In this document: piece after piece, positions 1 to 8,707 of the stretch
How the letters are laid out: the number at the start of each line of letters is the position of its first letter
Numbering within the stretch: the first letter of the stretch is position 1
Source: a virus
Lineage: Duplodnaviria; Caudoviricetes
Direction: 5' to 3' (one strand)
Length of the DNA: 60,045 nucleotides
IMG/VR virus record: IMGVR_UViG_3300034196_000061
Coordinates: 1-60,045 of that record
Position numbers and translations under genes: made by a program
The notes under the pieces: generated by a model
The model's input: the letters and a program-made list of their open reading frames with translations, nothing else
Database searches by the model: none
What the model was told of the DNA's origin: nothing

Positions 1-306
1 CTGGTTTTTAACCTTGTCCAGCATTTTGGCCATAAGCTTTGCGCGGGACAGGGTTACGCTGTGAACGTCGATATAGCTGACGTCGATAATGTTGAACTTT
101 CCGTCGTACTCGCTGACATATCCGTCAAGGCAAAGCCCGTCTAGCTCACGTTCGTCTGACCAATCGCTGCCGGATGGATTGGTGGGGAACGCAAATCCCT
201 TGCCGCGGATCATGGCGTTTACGCGAATTGTCGTGGTCCCGTAGGACTCTTTCAGGTTTATCATCAGGCCGACAGTGTTGCCGTCGTACTTTTCAGCCTT
301 GGCCAT
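1..306 (-). CDS. Hypothetical protein, N-terminal part; continues across the window junction into 60043..59786
   Basis: ATG at 306, open frame to base 1 (MAKAEKYDGNTVGLM...AKMLDKVKNQ). It joins in frame with IAKDESREAGDVFQSF at the window end if the terminal CT is shared. Confidence 0.75.
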   Translation of the reverse strand, partial: MAKAEKYDGNTVGLMINLKESYGTTTIRVNAMIRGKGFAFPTNPSGSDWSDERELDGLCLDGYVSEYDGKFNIIDVSYIDVHSVTLSRAKLMAKMLDKVKNQ

Positions 307-354
307 CGGGTTTGCTTTCTCGGTTGGGTTGGGGGTGTGGTTGGACTCGCAGAA

Positions 355-612
355 TTACTCGGCAACGGGCCAATCGGGATCGGGGAGGATGCAGGCGGCT
401 TTGAAAGCCTTGGGTTTCATCATGGGTTTCGCGCGGATCAAAGCCTCCCGGGCCTCGTCCATGGTGGCGAACCTGTCCGCACGTTGCAGGGAACCTGCCC
501 ACGTCTTGCCGCGAAGGAACCACGACATGGGGTCGTCAGGATTCCCCGTGCTGCAAACGATGAACGGTCGCGCGGTCGGGCGAGATGGCGGCTTAGTCGG
601 ATCGTCTGTCAT
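355..612 (-). CDS. Hypothetical early protein
   Basis: 85 aa ORF directly downstream of a sigma70-like promoter. Confidence 0.65.
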   Translation of the reverse strand: MTDDPTKPPSRPTARPFIVCSTGNPDDPMSWFLRGKTWAGSLQRADRFATMDEAREALIRAKPMMKPKAFKAACILPDPDWPVAE

Positions 613-656
613 GGGGTGGGCTTTCCCTGGGTTTGGGGTGGTGCGTCGGTCCGGAA

Positions 657-685
657 GGTATACTTAGTATACCCTCGGGACGCAA
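657..685 (-). promoter_or_regulatory. Sigma70-like promoter overlapped by GTATAC-N3-GTATAC operator
   Basis: Minus strand TTGCGT-17 bp-TATACC; GTATAC at 658 and 667. Confidence 0.7.
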
Positions 686-704
686 TAGGGGTGTGGGGAT
701 TTCT

Positions 705-1064
705 TTAGGCTTTGGCTTCGGATTTCTTCCGCTTGCCTCGGAATATCATCCCCGGGCCGGCGGTTCGGCCGGTGTAGGTCGCGCCGTCAACCGTCGCAAT
801 CGCCTGCGACATGGTGTCGCTGTATAGGCAATTTCTAAGCGGCCACGTCGCGGTTATCGTGATCTTTCCGATTATGTTCCCGTGCCAATCGGTCAGGTTG
901 TAGCGGTTGTGACAAAGCTTGGCCCCAACGTAGGCGATGCAATGGTCTGGCGTGATCTGAGCTCCGCCGGATTCGAAGGTGTTTCCGTTGGGGCCGGTTA
1001 TGGTGCAGTTGGTTTCGATGAACGGGAGCGGGGCGGCTTCGGTTGCAGTCGTGATCTCGGCCAT
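705..1064 (-). CDS. Hypothetical protein
   Basis: 119 aa ORF in the minus-strand early cluster. Confidence 0.7.
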   Translation of the reverse strand: MAEITTATEAAPLPFIETNCTITGPNGNTFESGGAQITPDHCIAYVGAKLCHNRYNLTDWHGNIIGKITITATWPLRNCLYSDTMSQAIATVDGATYTGRTAGPGMIFRGKRKKSEAKA

Positions 1065-1162
1065 GATGTCAGCCCCCGATGAACGAAGTTAGGGCCAAAA
1101 AGAGAAGGATGGTTGCCGCACCTGCCGCGGCTTGCAGGGTGGCCCGGGTTGCGTCGGTCACG

Positions 1163-1423
1163 TTACGCAACCTTGTGCGCAACGTAGTCGATTACTTCGA
1201 CTCCGGAGTAGGACGAATGGTGCAGCGTGCCTTGCCATGTGAAGTAGGACTCGCCTTCCGTGCTGACGATGTGGAGTCCCTCGGCCTCAAGGTAGGCGCA
1301 AAATTCGTCGTAGTCGGCCTTGTCGGTTGCGTCGTTGTCGTAGTCAAAGCCGGACTCGTCGCCATTGATAAGAGCGCAAGCCCAATAGACGGGGGCCGTG
1401 ATCGTCTCAACCTGTATGGCCAT
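1163..1423 (-). CDS. Acidic hypothetical protein
   Basis: 86 aa, PVYWACALINGDESG motif, abuts the upstream gene. Confidence 0.7.
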   Translation of the reverse strand: MAIQVETITAPVYWACALINGDESGFDYDNDATDKADYDEFCAYLEAEGLHIVSTEGESYFTWQGTLHHSSYSGVEVIDYVAHKVA

Positions 1424-1424
1424 T

Positions 1425-2210
1425 TCAGATCACCATGCCGAACAAGGTCACGACGCTTTCGCCGGTCACGAGGGCGGTTGCCATTGCGGCTGTCGTCGCG
1501 GACACCGCAAACGCCGCGACTGCACCGGTTGCCGCCTGGGTGACGCTCGCGACGGCGCGGCCAAACTTGCGCCAGACGCTGACAGTCGCGGGCTTGGCGG
1601 TTGCCGGCGCGGCGGGCTCGGCGACAGGAGCGGGAGCGGCGGGGAGCTCGGCGGGGAGCTCAGCGGGAGCGGTCGCCGCGGGCTTGCGGCTTACGCGGAT
1701 GTTCGTGCAACCATGGTCCGAAAGCATTCCGGAAATAGCGGCTTCAGGTGTGGCGTAATCCTTTGAGCAACCATACACCGCCATGAAAGCCGAGTACTTT
1801 CCGTCGCGGCATGAAACCCGGGCCGTTGCATCCGTCGCGGCGTACTTCGCGACAGTGTGGTTAGCGTTCACGATGAACGTTTCGTCCGGAACGTAAGCCG
1901 AAACCGGGGGGAGCTCGGCGGGGGCGGCTTCGATCGCCTTCCATCCGCCACTTCGCATCCAACCGAAACCATCGCGGAAAGCCTCGGCGATTGCGGCACG
2001 AAGGGCCAGCTTGTGATCTTCGCGGATCGTGCGGAAAGCTGCGCCGGAGCGGACCCGGAGCTCCGTCGTGATCGTGCCATCCTGATAACCGGTCACGGTC
2101 GCGAAGTAGACCTTGCCGCTGTCGGAAATTGCTGCGGTCTGCGCCGAAATGCGACGATCGGAACCATCCGCAATTTTGGTCGCCGCTTCGAAGGTAATCA
2201 GGGTGGACAT
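1425..2210 (-). CDS. Hypothetical protein with Ala/Pro linker and hydrophobic C-terminus
   Basis: 261 aa ORF, first gene after the triple GTATAC site. Confidence 0.7.
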   Translation of the reverse strand: MSTLITFEAATKIADGSDRRISAQTAAISDSGKVYFATVTGYQDGTITTELRVRSGAAFRTIREDHKLALRAAIAEAFRDGFGWMRSGGWKAIEAAPAELPPVSAYVPDETFIVNANHTVAKYAATDATARVSCRDGKYSAFMAVYGCSKDYATPEAAISGMLSDHGCTNIRVSRKPAATAPAELPAELPAAPAPVAEPAAPATAKPATVSVWRKFGRAVASVTQAATGAVAAFAVSATTAAMATALVTGESVVTLFGMVI

Positions 2211-2254
2211 CGGCTTGTCTTTCTCTGTTGCTGGTTAATCGGGTAGTGGCATTG

Positions 2255-2278
2255 GTATACCGTGTATACTCGGTATAC
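2255..2278. promoter_or_regulatory. Triple tandem GTATAC operator (9-bp period)
   Basis: GTATAC-CGT-GTATAC-TCG-GTATAC just upstream of the ORF starting at 2210. Confidence 0.7.
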
Positions 2279-2551
2279 CGTTAATCACAAACCCGTGATA
2301 TCGGGGAGGGCGAGGCGGGCGGGCTCGGGCAGGGGGCGGGCTCGGCCGGGCTCGGGCGGCACCGTAAGAGAAAGGACGGGCCGGGACGGGACGGGGAGCT
2401 CAGCGGGCCGATCCCGCGCGTTGCCATGCAACCACACGCTACACGGGAAATGTACTCGGGTTGTTCGCTTCGTGTATAATGTGTGGAATTCGGTTTCCGG
2501 TATTATGGAAAGTCAGGTAGGTTTTTTCCCGGGCCGAAAATCTGAAAGGCG

Positions 2552-2944
2552 TTGCGGTTGTCTACTCCTGCGAAACTCTCCCCGACCGATCCACCGAAAC
2601 AGCGTCGCGGGCGACCACCGGGCCGTGAGAACGCTACGACCGTGTACATCCGGGATATGTGCAAGCAACTCGACTTTGACCCGTTCCGTTGCATGGTTAT
2701 GATCGCACAGAACCTGGAACATCCCGTTAAGGTTCGGGCGCTCTGTGCAATAGAGATAGCCCGGTATCTTGCGCCTTATTACAAGGATACTGACGCAGCG
2801 CGATCGGTTCCGCCTGACAACTCGGGAGTAACCAACGTGTTCGTCTCAGTTGATGACAGGCTGGCGCAATGGCAGGCTCTGAAAGCAAAGCGGGATGGCG
2901 CCACGGTCCCCACGATTGAGGGGAGCGCCGATCCCACAACCTGA
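2552..2944 (+). CDS. Putative terminase small subunit / DNA-binding packaging protein
   Basis: RGRPPGRENATT...FDPFRCM..IA.....R...AIEIARYLAP pattern typical of small phage packaging-associated proteins; no other terS candidate seen. Confidence 0.5.
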   Translation: MRLSTPAKLSPTDPPKQRRGRPPGRENATTVYIRDMCKQLDFDPFRCMVMIAQNLEHPVKVRALCAIEIARYLAPYYKDTDAARSVPPDNSGVTNVFVSVDDRLAQWQALKAKRDGATVPTIEGSADPTT

Positions 2945-2965
2945 TGGGGCTGTGCACAAGGTGCA

Positions 2966-3021
2966 CCTTTTGCAACAAGCGGCGCGCCTAGCAACATCAA
3001 AGGGTTAGCCGTTGCAAAAGG
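2966..3021. promoter_or_regulatory. 11-bp inverted repeat enclosing an IHF-like site (candidate pac region)
   Basis: CCTTTTGCAAC (2966-2976) / GTTGCAAAAGG (3011-3021) around CATCAAAGGGTTA (IHF consensus WATCAANNNNTTR, one mismatch). Confidence 0.45.
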
Positions 3022-3345
3022 GGTGTGCGGAATAGCAGGAGCGGGACGGGCGGGCACTCGGCCGGGCCGGTCCGGGCTCTGCCTCCCCGACTGCGGAGCG
3101 ACGAGGGCGATCAAGGCAGGGGAGGCTCAGCCGTGATATTCAGGCTTATCGCGGGTGAGCACAGCGAAGGTTGACGGTCGCCGCGCTCGCTCGCCTGCAA
3201 GTTGGCTTGCCTATTGGCGAAACCGCGACAGGCCCCCCCCCACCTTTCCTTCCACCGCGGTCCCATCGTGGAGCGGGCGCTACACTCCCTCGGGACGTGA
3301 GGCGCCGCGGCCAGATCGCCGCCATGACGCACCTGTCGGGTTGGG

Positions 3346-3597
3346 CTACCAATCCTCGTCAGGCACTCTTCCCAGCACCACAGGTGCTGCCCCGGGGCTG
3401 AGCTCGGCCAAAAAGAAGGCCCGGCAGTCTGACCTCATGGCCCGCCGAAGCCCCCGCGGCACGTCATCCGCCGCCAGCAGACCGACGAAGCTCCGCCCCT
3501 GGTCATAGATCATCCAAGGCCCGGCCGGATCGCTCAGCGGGCGTTGAATCTTGACCACGATCGGCTTTTGGCCCGCCTGCCCACCCTGATTTCCCAT
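3346..3597 (-). CDS. Hypothetical protein
   Basis: 83 aa ORF with IVVKIQRPL...MIYDQGRS motif. Confidence 0.6.
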   Translation of the reverse strand: MGNQGGQAGQKPIVVKIQRPLSDPAGPWMIYDQGRSFVGLLAADDVPRGLRRAMRSDCRAFFLAELSPGAAPVVLGRVPDEDW

Positions 3598-3694
3598 CCG
3601 CCATCCCCCAAAAATCCCAGCGCCGCCGCCATTTTTTCAGCGTTTTCGTTCCGACACATCCACGAACATGTTACACTTTGCCTAACACTCCCTT

Positions 3695-4004
3695 CTATCA
3701 CTCCCGGAAAACACCTATAACCCTTTGATGTTACTACCTCTTATTCCCCATAAGTGTCTAAGTGATAGAAGTGATAGGGTATGGAGGAAGGAACGGAACT
3801 GGCAGAGGGGTGCAGGAAGCGCCCACCGGGTGTGCGCAACCACAAAAGTATACGGAATATACAAACACGAAATACCAGTTCGGGACATTTATGGAAGTTG
3901 CCCACCACTATCACTCTATCACTTCCTCGTGTCGGTATCGTTAGAACACGTCCTGCGACTCCAAAGACTTAGCGGACCATTTCCAGCCCTTCGGAGAGTG
4001 ATAG
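3695..4004. repeat. CTATCACT iteron cluster, candidate lytic replication origin
   Basis: CTATCACT at 3695, 3908, 3916; AGTGATAG at 3761, 3770, 3997; AT-rich, IHF-like site at 3718-3730, directly downstream of the helicase. Confidence 0.55.
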
Positions 4005-5293
4005 CGGGGCCGCCCGTCGAGCAAAGGTCCTTTGGTCCAGCCCAGGCGGCGGAGGATTTTGACGATCCGGTTGCTGTCGGCGCGGGTGTGTCGCGACAGT
4101 TCAAGCCCGAGGCATTCGGCGCCGATGGCCTGGATCGTGACCTGGGTTGACGGCGGGATGTCGCTAAGCCATTGGTTGATAACGCTTTCCCAGGCGTCTT
4201 CGCAAAACCGGCCCGCCTGTTGGGGCGCGATGTGCTCGGCTTCGAACTCGCGGGTTGGATACCAGTGGTCGCCGAGCCGGTATCGGGCGAGCGCCTCGGC
4301 GAAGAGTTGTTCCCGGTCGCGGCGGAGCCCGGAGAGGTCGATGATGCCGCACAGGATTGGCCAGTACCGCCGCGCGCCCGTCTCGTCGTGCAGGTACGAC
4401 TCTTTGTTGGTGGTTCCAACGAACACGCATTGTCGTGGGGCGATGATATCTCGCCGGGCATATGGCGGCCGGTAGCGTTCTTCCCGGCGAGACAGAAAGC
4501 TCTTCAGAGATTCCGAATCCGCGTTGCTCATGGCCGACAATTCGGAAACTTCGATCAGCAGCTTGCCGGAAAGGTGTTGACTCAAATCCTTTCCACCATG
4601 TCGAATGTCCGGAAGAGAGTCAGAGAAATAGTCTCGTGTTGCCAGGATTTCGCACAGCGTGCTTTTGGCCGCTCCCTGCGGCCCCTCAATCACCACCATG
4701 TTGTCAACTTTGCACCCCGGCTCATATATCCGCGCCACCATCGACAGGAGGAACATCTTGCCGACGCCGCGCGAATACGGCGTCGAGACAACGCCGGCAT
4801 AGGTTGAAAGCCAATCGTCAAGCCGCGGAACGCCGTCCCACACCAACCCGTCGAGCCAATCACGAACCGGGTGAAACTTGTTGGCCGCGGCATGGACTTC
4901 CACGGCTTGGTGGCAAACGTCCTGGCCGATCGTCGGCATGGCGTTGATTTGGAGCCATTCTTGAATGGCCCCGATGTCGATATCTGTAATCGGCCGGATG
5001 ACAAAGGGTTTGGGCTCAAAGCGTGCGCGGTACGGAAGGGGCCGCAGGAGCACGGTGCAGCGCTGCATGTCGTCAAAGCCTATGCGGCCTTTGAGAGACG
5101 GAGCGGAACGTAAAGCAATCAGCACGTTTGAAAGTGAGTTGCGGGGACCTTCGCGTGTGGTTGCCAGGAGCGAGGTCCAGTGCACCGGCCCGGCGGGTAC
5201 TGCGGTGTTGTCCACCACGAGCTCCGGGCGGGGCCATTCCGGTTCGTCGGTCATGTGCGGAGGGGAAGCTGGAGGATCAGCCGCGGCGGGCAC
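3941..5293 (-). CDS. VapE / virulence-associated E family P-loop helicase
   Basis: Walker A GPQGAAKST, IEVSEL Walker B, YRPPYAR..PRQCVFVGTTN..YLHDETGARRYWP. Confidence 0.9.
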   Translation of the reverse strand: MPAAADPPASPPHMTDEPEWPRPELVVDNTAVPAGPVHWTSLLATTREGPRNSLSNVLIALRSAPSLKGRIGFDDMQRCTVLLRPLPYRARFEPKPFVIRPITDIDIGAIQEWLQINAMPTIGQDVCHQAVEVHAAANKFHPVRDWLDGLVWDGVPRLDDWLSTYAGVVSTPYSRGVGKMFLLSMVARIYEPGCKVDNMVVIEGPQGAAKSTLCEILATRDYFSDSLPDIRHGGKDLSQHLSGKLLIEVSELSAMSNADSESLKSFLSRREERYRPPYARRDIIAPRQCVFVGTTNKESYLHDETGARRYWPILCGIIDLSGLRRDREQLFAEALARYRLGDHWYPTREFEAEHIAPQQAGRFCEDAWESVINQWLSDIPPSTQVTIQAIGAECLGLELSRHTRADSNRIVKILRRLGWTKGPLLDGRPRYHSPKGWKWSAKSLESQDVF

Positions 5294-6104
5294 CCCGGAA
5301 GGCCGAAGAGATGGTTGCCCGGGACTCGGGGATCGACATGCCGGCTTGCGCTCCGGCGCGCATCAGGCCGTCGCAGGCTTCCGACTCTGAGAGCTCCCCG
5401 GCGTTGACGCGGAGAGCAAGTATAAAGGCCCACCTGTTTAGACATGCGTTTCGTGTCCCTTGTTGAGCGCGAGAAATCGCAGTCAGTGCTCGGGACATTA
5501 TTAAGTCCGCGGCAGGGCTGGACTTCGTTTTGTCGCGGTCAACATAGGGCTGTGCTGGTGGTGGCGCGAGAAGAGACGACAACCAAGGCGGGCAGTCTGG
5601 TGGGGATACTTCCCAGGGGGGTGTCAACCAGATGTAGGGCTTGCGGGTCCTGTGGTGACTAGATGGCGGAATTGTGACGGTAAGGCGACCGCGCCTGGGG
5701 TCAATGCCGGGGAGGGGGCAACCGGCATCCCCCCGGATCACTTCCCCGTTATAACGAAAGAAAATAACCAATCCACCGCCGCCCGTTCTAATTGTTGGAC
5801 GTCGCGGTAGAATACCATGTATACTCACGAGCGAAGCCATGGCGGCAATACCGTCGTGTTTATGCTCGCCACCCGGCACGTCCAAATCCAAAGCAAAGAT
5901 GCCGGACCCCTCCATCCGCACACGCCAGTTGCAGCCCGGGAATTCTCGGCTCCATTTACCGAGTATATCAAGATCAGATGTACTCTGATCGTTAGCGCCT
6001 ATGAAGCAAGAGGCGCGAGAACCCGAGTAGCAAGGGTGGATTTTCCATCCAAGTAGCGCGAGATTTTCAACGCAGGTCGGAAGCTTCATTATTCTTTCCC
6101 CCAA
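5277..6104 (-). CDS. Bifunctional DNA primase/polymerase (prim-pol domain)
   Basis: GWKIHPC, ALDLD catalytic motif, TIRTGGGG, IPPSSH, C-terminal GTRNACL helical domain; overlaps the helicase gene. Confidence 0.85.
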   Translation of the reverse strand: MGERIMKLPTCVENLALLGWKIHPCYSGSRASCFIGANDQSTSDLDILGKWSREFPGCNWRVRMEGSGIFALDLDVPGGEHKHDGIAAMASLVSIHGILPRRPTIRTGGGGLVIFFRYNGEVIRGDAGCPLPGIDPRRGRLTVTIPPSSHHRTRKPYIWLTPPWEVSPPDCPPWLSSLLAPPPAQPYVDRDKTKSSPAADLIMSRALTAISRAQQGTRNACLNRWAFILALRVNAGELSESEACDGLMRAGAQAGMSIPESRATISSAFRGARRG

Positions 6105-6155
6105 AGAGGAAATCTGTTTAGTGTAAAACCACCGTGAGGATTAAGGAGAAAGACG

Positions 6156-6473
6156 TTGCAAGTTCAAACGAAGGACGAGACAGGACCCGAGGGGTCAAGC
6201 GCTCCGCAAAGCGTAAACTTGTTTGCTGGCCGCTCTATCAAGGCGCGAGAACCCGAGCGTTCGGGGGTGTTCGTGCCAGGACCGGATACCCTTGCCGCCT
6301 GGGACCAGGGTGTTGCGATCAGCGACGACGATCTGGCCGCCATTGAAGTGTTCTTTGGTTGGATGGTGGGCGCTTGTGAGGCGCTTGGTGAGCGCTACGC
6401 GATGGCGACCACGGCATTCCGCACAGAGCACGACCGGGCGACGCGGATGCAGGGGTATCGCAGCACCCGATAG
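6156..6473 (+). CDS. Hypothetical protein
   Basis: AAGGAG RBS upstream; starts a plus-strand coupled cluster. Confidence 0.55.
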   Translation: MQVQTKDETGPEGSSAPQSVNLFAGRSIKAREPERSGVFVPGPDTLAAWDQGVAISDDDLAAIEVFFGWMVGACEALGERYAMATTAFRTEHDRATRMQGYRSTR

Positions 6474-6505
6474 GGGGCGCCGGGGAGGCGGAGGGAGGCG
6501 GAGAG

Positions 6506-6709
6506 ATGCAGCACGTTGACGACATCAACGACCCGGCGGCGCGCGGCCTTGCTGCCGAGTTTCAGGCGTACGTGGAGGGTGTGGAGGCGTCGGCCAGGGT
6601 TGCCGAGGCGGCGATTTGCGAGGCCGGCGGGAACGGCAAGGAAGCCTCCCGAATGGGCAGGCGCATTGCCGAAGCCATCCGCGACCTGAAGCTACAGCTT
6701 CCCCGATGA
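6506..6709 (+). CDS. Hypothetical protein
   Basis: GGAG RBS; ATGA overlap with next gene. Confidence 0.55.
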   Translation: MQHVDDINDPAARGLAAEFQAYVEGVEASARVAEAAICEAGGNGKEASRMGRRIAEAIRDLKLQLPR

Positions 6710-6882
6710 ACGCGGCGCCGAAGACGTGGGCGAAGGCGGAGGTTGTCGCGCTGATGCTGCAATCCATCCGCGATGTCGGCTTGCAATGCGCGCAGCTAGG
6801 ACAGTCTTACAAAATAGACGATGCGATTGAACAGGTTTACGACGATCTAAACGAGCTCGGCCTGATCGAGCACACGCCATGA
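6706..6882 (+). CDS. Hypothetical protein
   Basis: MNAAPKTW..., ATGA overlaps at both ends. Confidence 0.6.
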   Translation: MNAAPKTWAKAEVVALMLQSIRDVGLQCAQLGQSYKIDDAIEQVYDDLNELGLIEHTP

Positions 6883-7298
6883 GCTCGGCCATCGAAGCGA
6901 TCTGTCACCATGTGGACGCCTGGGTTGCGATTTTGGAGAACCGGCTTGCGTTGCTGTCGGATCAGCATCCCGACCCTGACGGCACGGTCAGCGCCGAACG
7001 CAGCTACGTGCAGCACGAGCTTGACGCCATGCGCGCCCACATGGCCGAGCTTTTGAGCGACAGCCCGCCGGAGCCCGGCGCCCGGCCGTACCGTAGACTC
7101 GCGGAATCCGGGTTTTTCTTTTTGGCCCATATCCTCCGGGCGCACTGCTTCCGGCGGCCCAACCACGCTTTTGACATGGAGGCTTTCGCGCCCGAGGCGC
7201 GGGAGTTTTTGAGTGAGCCGGGCAAGCGCCTGTACGACGCCTGCGCGGCGATGGCCGCCTGCGAAAGACGCAACACCGAAACGGGGATCATGCAATGA
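6879..7298 (+). CDS. Hypothetical protein
   Basis: 139 aa, translationally coupled. Confidence 0.6.
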   Translation: MSSAIEAICHHVDAWVAILENRLALLSDQHPDPDGTVSAERSYVQHELDAMRAHMAELLSDSPPEPGARPYRRLAESGFFFLAHILRAHCFRRPNHAFDMEAFAPEAREFLSEPGKRLYDACAAMAACERRNTETGIMQ

Positions 7299-7573
7299 GC
7301 GAAGCGACAGCAAGTTACAAACGCGAGGCCAAGCTTGAGGCGGCGATTCGCGCGATCATGGTCGGCGGCAACCATCTCGTTGGCCTGATCGGCGCAGATC
7401 ATCCGAGCTACCGGGCGAGTTACGCCGAGGCGCTTCGGCACTACGGCCAGGACCGGCAGGGCGAGTACGATGCGTGGTGTTGCTGGCGCTCGATCATGCA
7501 GGCCCGGGAGTTCCTTGGGGAAAAGGACGCGCCCGCTCAGCCGCCGCAGCGTCGGGAAAATTCGGCGTGTTGA
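7295..7573 (+). CDS. Hypothetical protein
   Basis: 92 aa, translationally coupled. Confidence 0.6.
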   Translation: MSEATASYKREAKLEAAIRAIMVGGNHLVGLIGADHPSYRASYAEALRHYGQDRQGEYDAWCCWRSIMQAREFLGEKDAPAQPPQRRENSAC

Positions 7574-7616
7574 GTGGTGCCCGAGCGGCGCGGGTGAGCC
7601 GGCAGAAGGAAAATCC

Positions 7617-8000
7617 GTGAGGAACCTTCGCAGGTTGGACCAACACCGCCTTGTCGGTCCGGGTGTCGTCAAGATTTTCGGCGGCGAGGGAGACGAAACC
7701 TGCGGGGTGTTCGCTGTGCCGTCTCCAATCGACGGCGCCAGGATGCACGTCATCGCGTCGTCAGAGCTCGGATGGGATCATGTCTCTGTCAGCCGGAAGA
7801 ACCGGTGCCCGAACTGGCAGGAGATGGAGCACGTCAAGAAACTGTTTTTCGAAGATGGCGAAACAGCCATGCAGCTTCATGTTCCGGTCGAGGATCACCT
7901 GAGTCACCACCCGTACACGCTGCACATCTGGCGTCCCAACGACGGGCGCGAAATCCCGATGCCCCCGCCGATCATGGTAGCGCTGCCAAATGTCGCCTGA
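7617..8000 (+). CDS. Conserved phage protein (DUF7694-like)
   Basis: GWDHVSVS..NRCPNWQEM..VK.LFF..E..MQLH.P....SHHPYTLHIW motif. Confidence 0.75.
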   Translation: MRNLRRLDQHRLVGPGVVKIFGGEGDETCGVFAVPSPIDGARMHVIASSELGWDHVSVSRKNRCPNWQEMEHVKKLFFEDGETAMQLHVPVEDHLSHHPYTLHIWRPNDGREIPMPPPIMVALPNVA

Positions 8001-8208
8001 AGGCGTCGGCCGAGCGGCGTGCCCGTTTTGCGGAACCGTGCCAGCCGATCTTGATTCGGTCGGAACCGACGAATCGGGAAAATGGGGCTTTGTGGAGTGT
8101 GGGTGCGGAGCTCGCGGCCCGGATGTCAGGACCGGATACCAGCCCGCTCCGGCATGGGCTCCGGCCGCTTTCGCAGAATGGAACAAGCGGGCAAGCACCA
8201 ATGCCTGA
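7990..8208 (+). CDS. Lar-family (restriction alleviation) zinc-finger protein
   Basis: CPFCG...VECGCGARGP...A.AEWNKR. Confidence 0.7.
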   Translation: MSPEGVGRAACPFCGTVPADLDSVGTDESGKWGFVECGCGARGPDVRTGYQPAPAWAPAAFAEWNKRASTNA

Positions 8209-8443
8209 TCCGACAACCACCGCCGCCGCCGACGCCGAGCCGTGGCCTATCGAGAAATCGCCGGAGGAAACGCTGCGGTGGATCATCCGAAATTGCGCGC
8301 GGCCAGCCGGCCGGGCTCGGATCGGCGCTGTCCCGCGATGGTCTATCGTGTCGAACCTGACATCAAACGGCTCGACCTATTCGGCGCGGCTGTGCGCCTG
8401 GGCCGGGCTCGACCCAAACGAGATTGTGGTGAGGCGGAAATGA
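8201..8443 (+). CDS. Hypothetical protein
   Basis: PRWSIVSNL...GSTYSARLC.WAGLDP motif; coupled. Confidence 0.6.
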   Translation: MPDPTTTAAADAEPWPIEKSPEETLRWIIRNCARPAGRARIGAVPRWSIVSNLTSNGSTYSARLCAWAGLDPNEIVVRRK

Positions 8444-8649
8444 CGAACCACAATCCCGCCACGACCATCCGAACGGCAGATGATCTCCGCAAGCGAATGC
8501 TCGCAGGGGAAATCCTGCACTCGTTCATCCCGCCCGGCAGTCGTCGCCACGCATGGCGGCTAGAGCCGTCGCAGGCGCACGTTGCACATGAGGCCGTTGC
8601 CGATCTGCGGCGCGAGGTTCCGACCACAACCACCTTGGAAGTGGCATGA
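8440..8649 (+). CDS. Hypothetical protein
   Basis: ATGA overlap; lies before terL. Confidence 0.5.
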   Translation: MTNHNPATTIRTADDLRKRMLAGEILHSFIPPGSRRHAWRLEPSQAHVAHEAVADLRREVPTTTTLEVA

Positions 8650-8707
8650 CAAAAACACCGACCCCCTCCCCGCAGACCACCGTTTCCCGGAAATAGACCC
8701 ATAGCCC

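Noticed and set aside
658-672. GTATAC-N3-GTATAC as N4-type virion RNA polymerase hairpin promoters
   Set aside because: No RNA polymerase gene recognised, loop sequences vary, and sigma70 -35/-10 elements explain the sites.
3695-3923. CTATCA/TGATAG resemblance to the tet operator
   Set aside because: Half-sites are not arranged as the tetO palindrome and no TetR-like gene is present.
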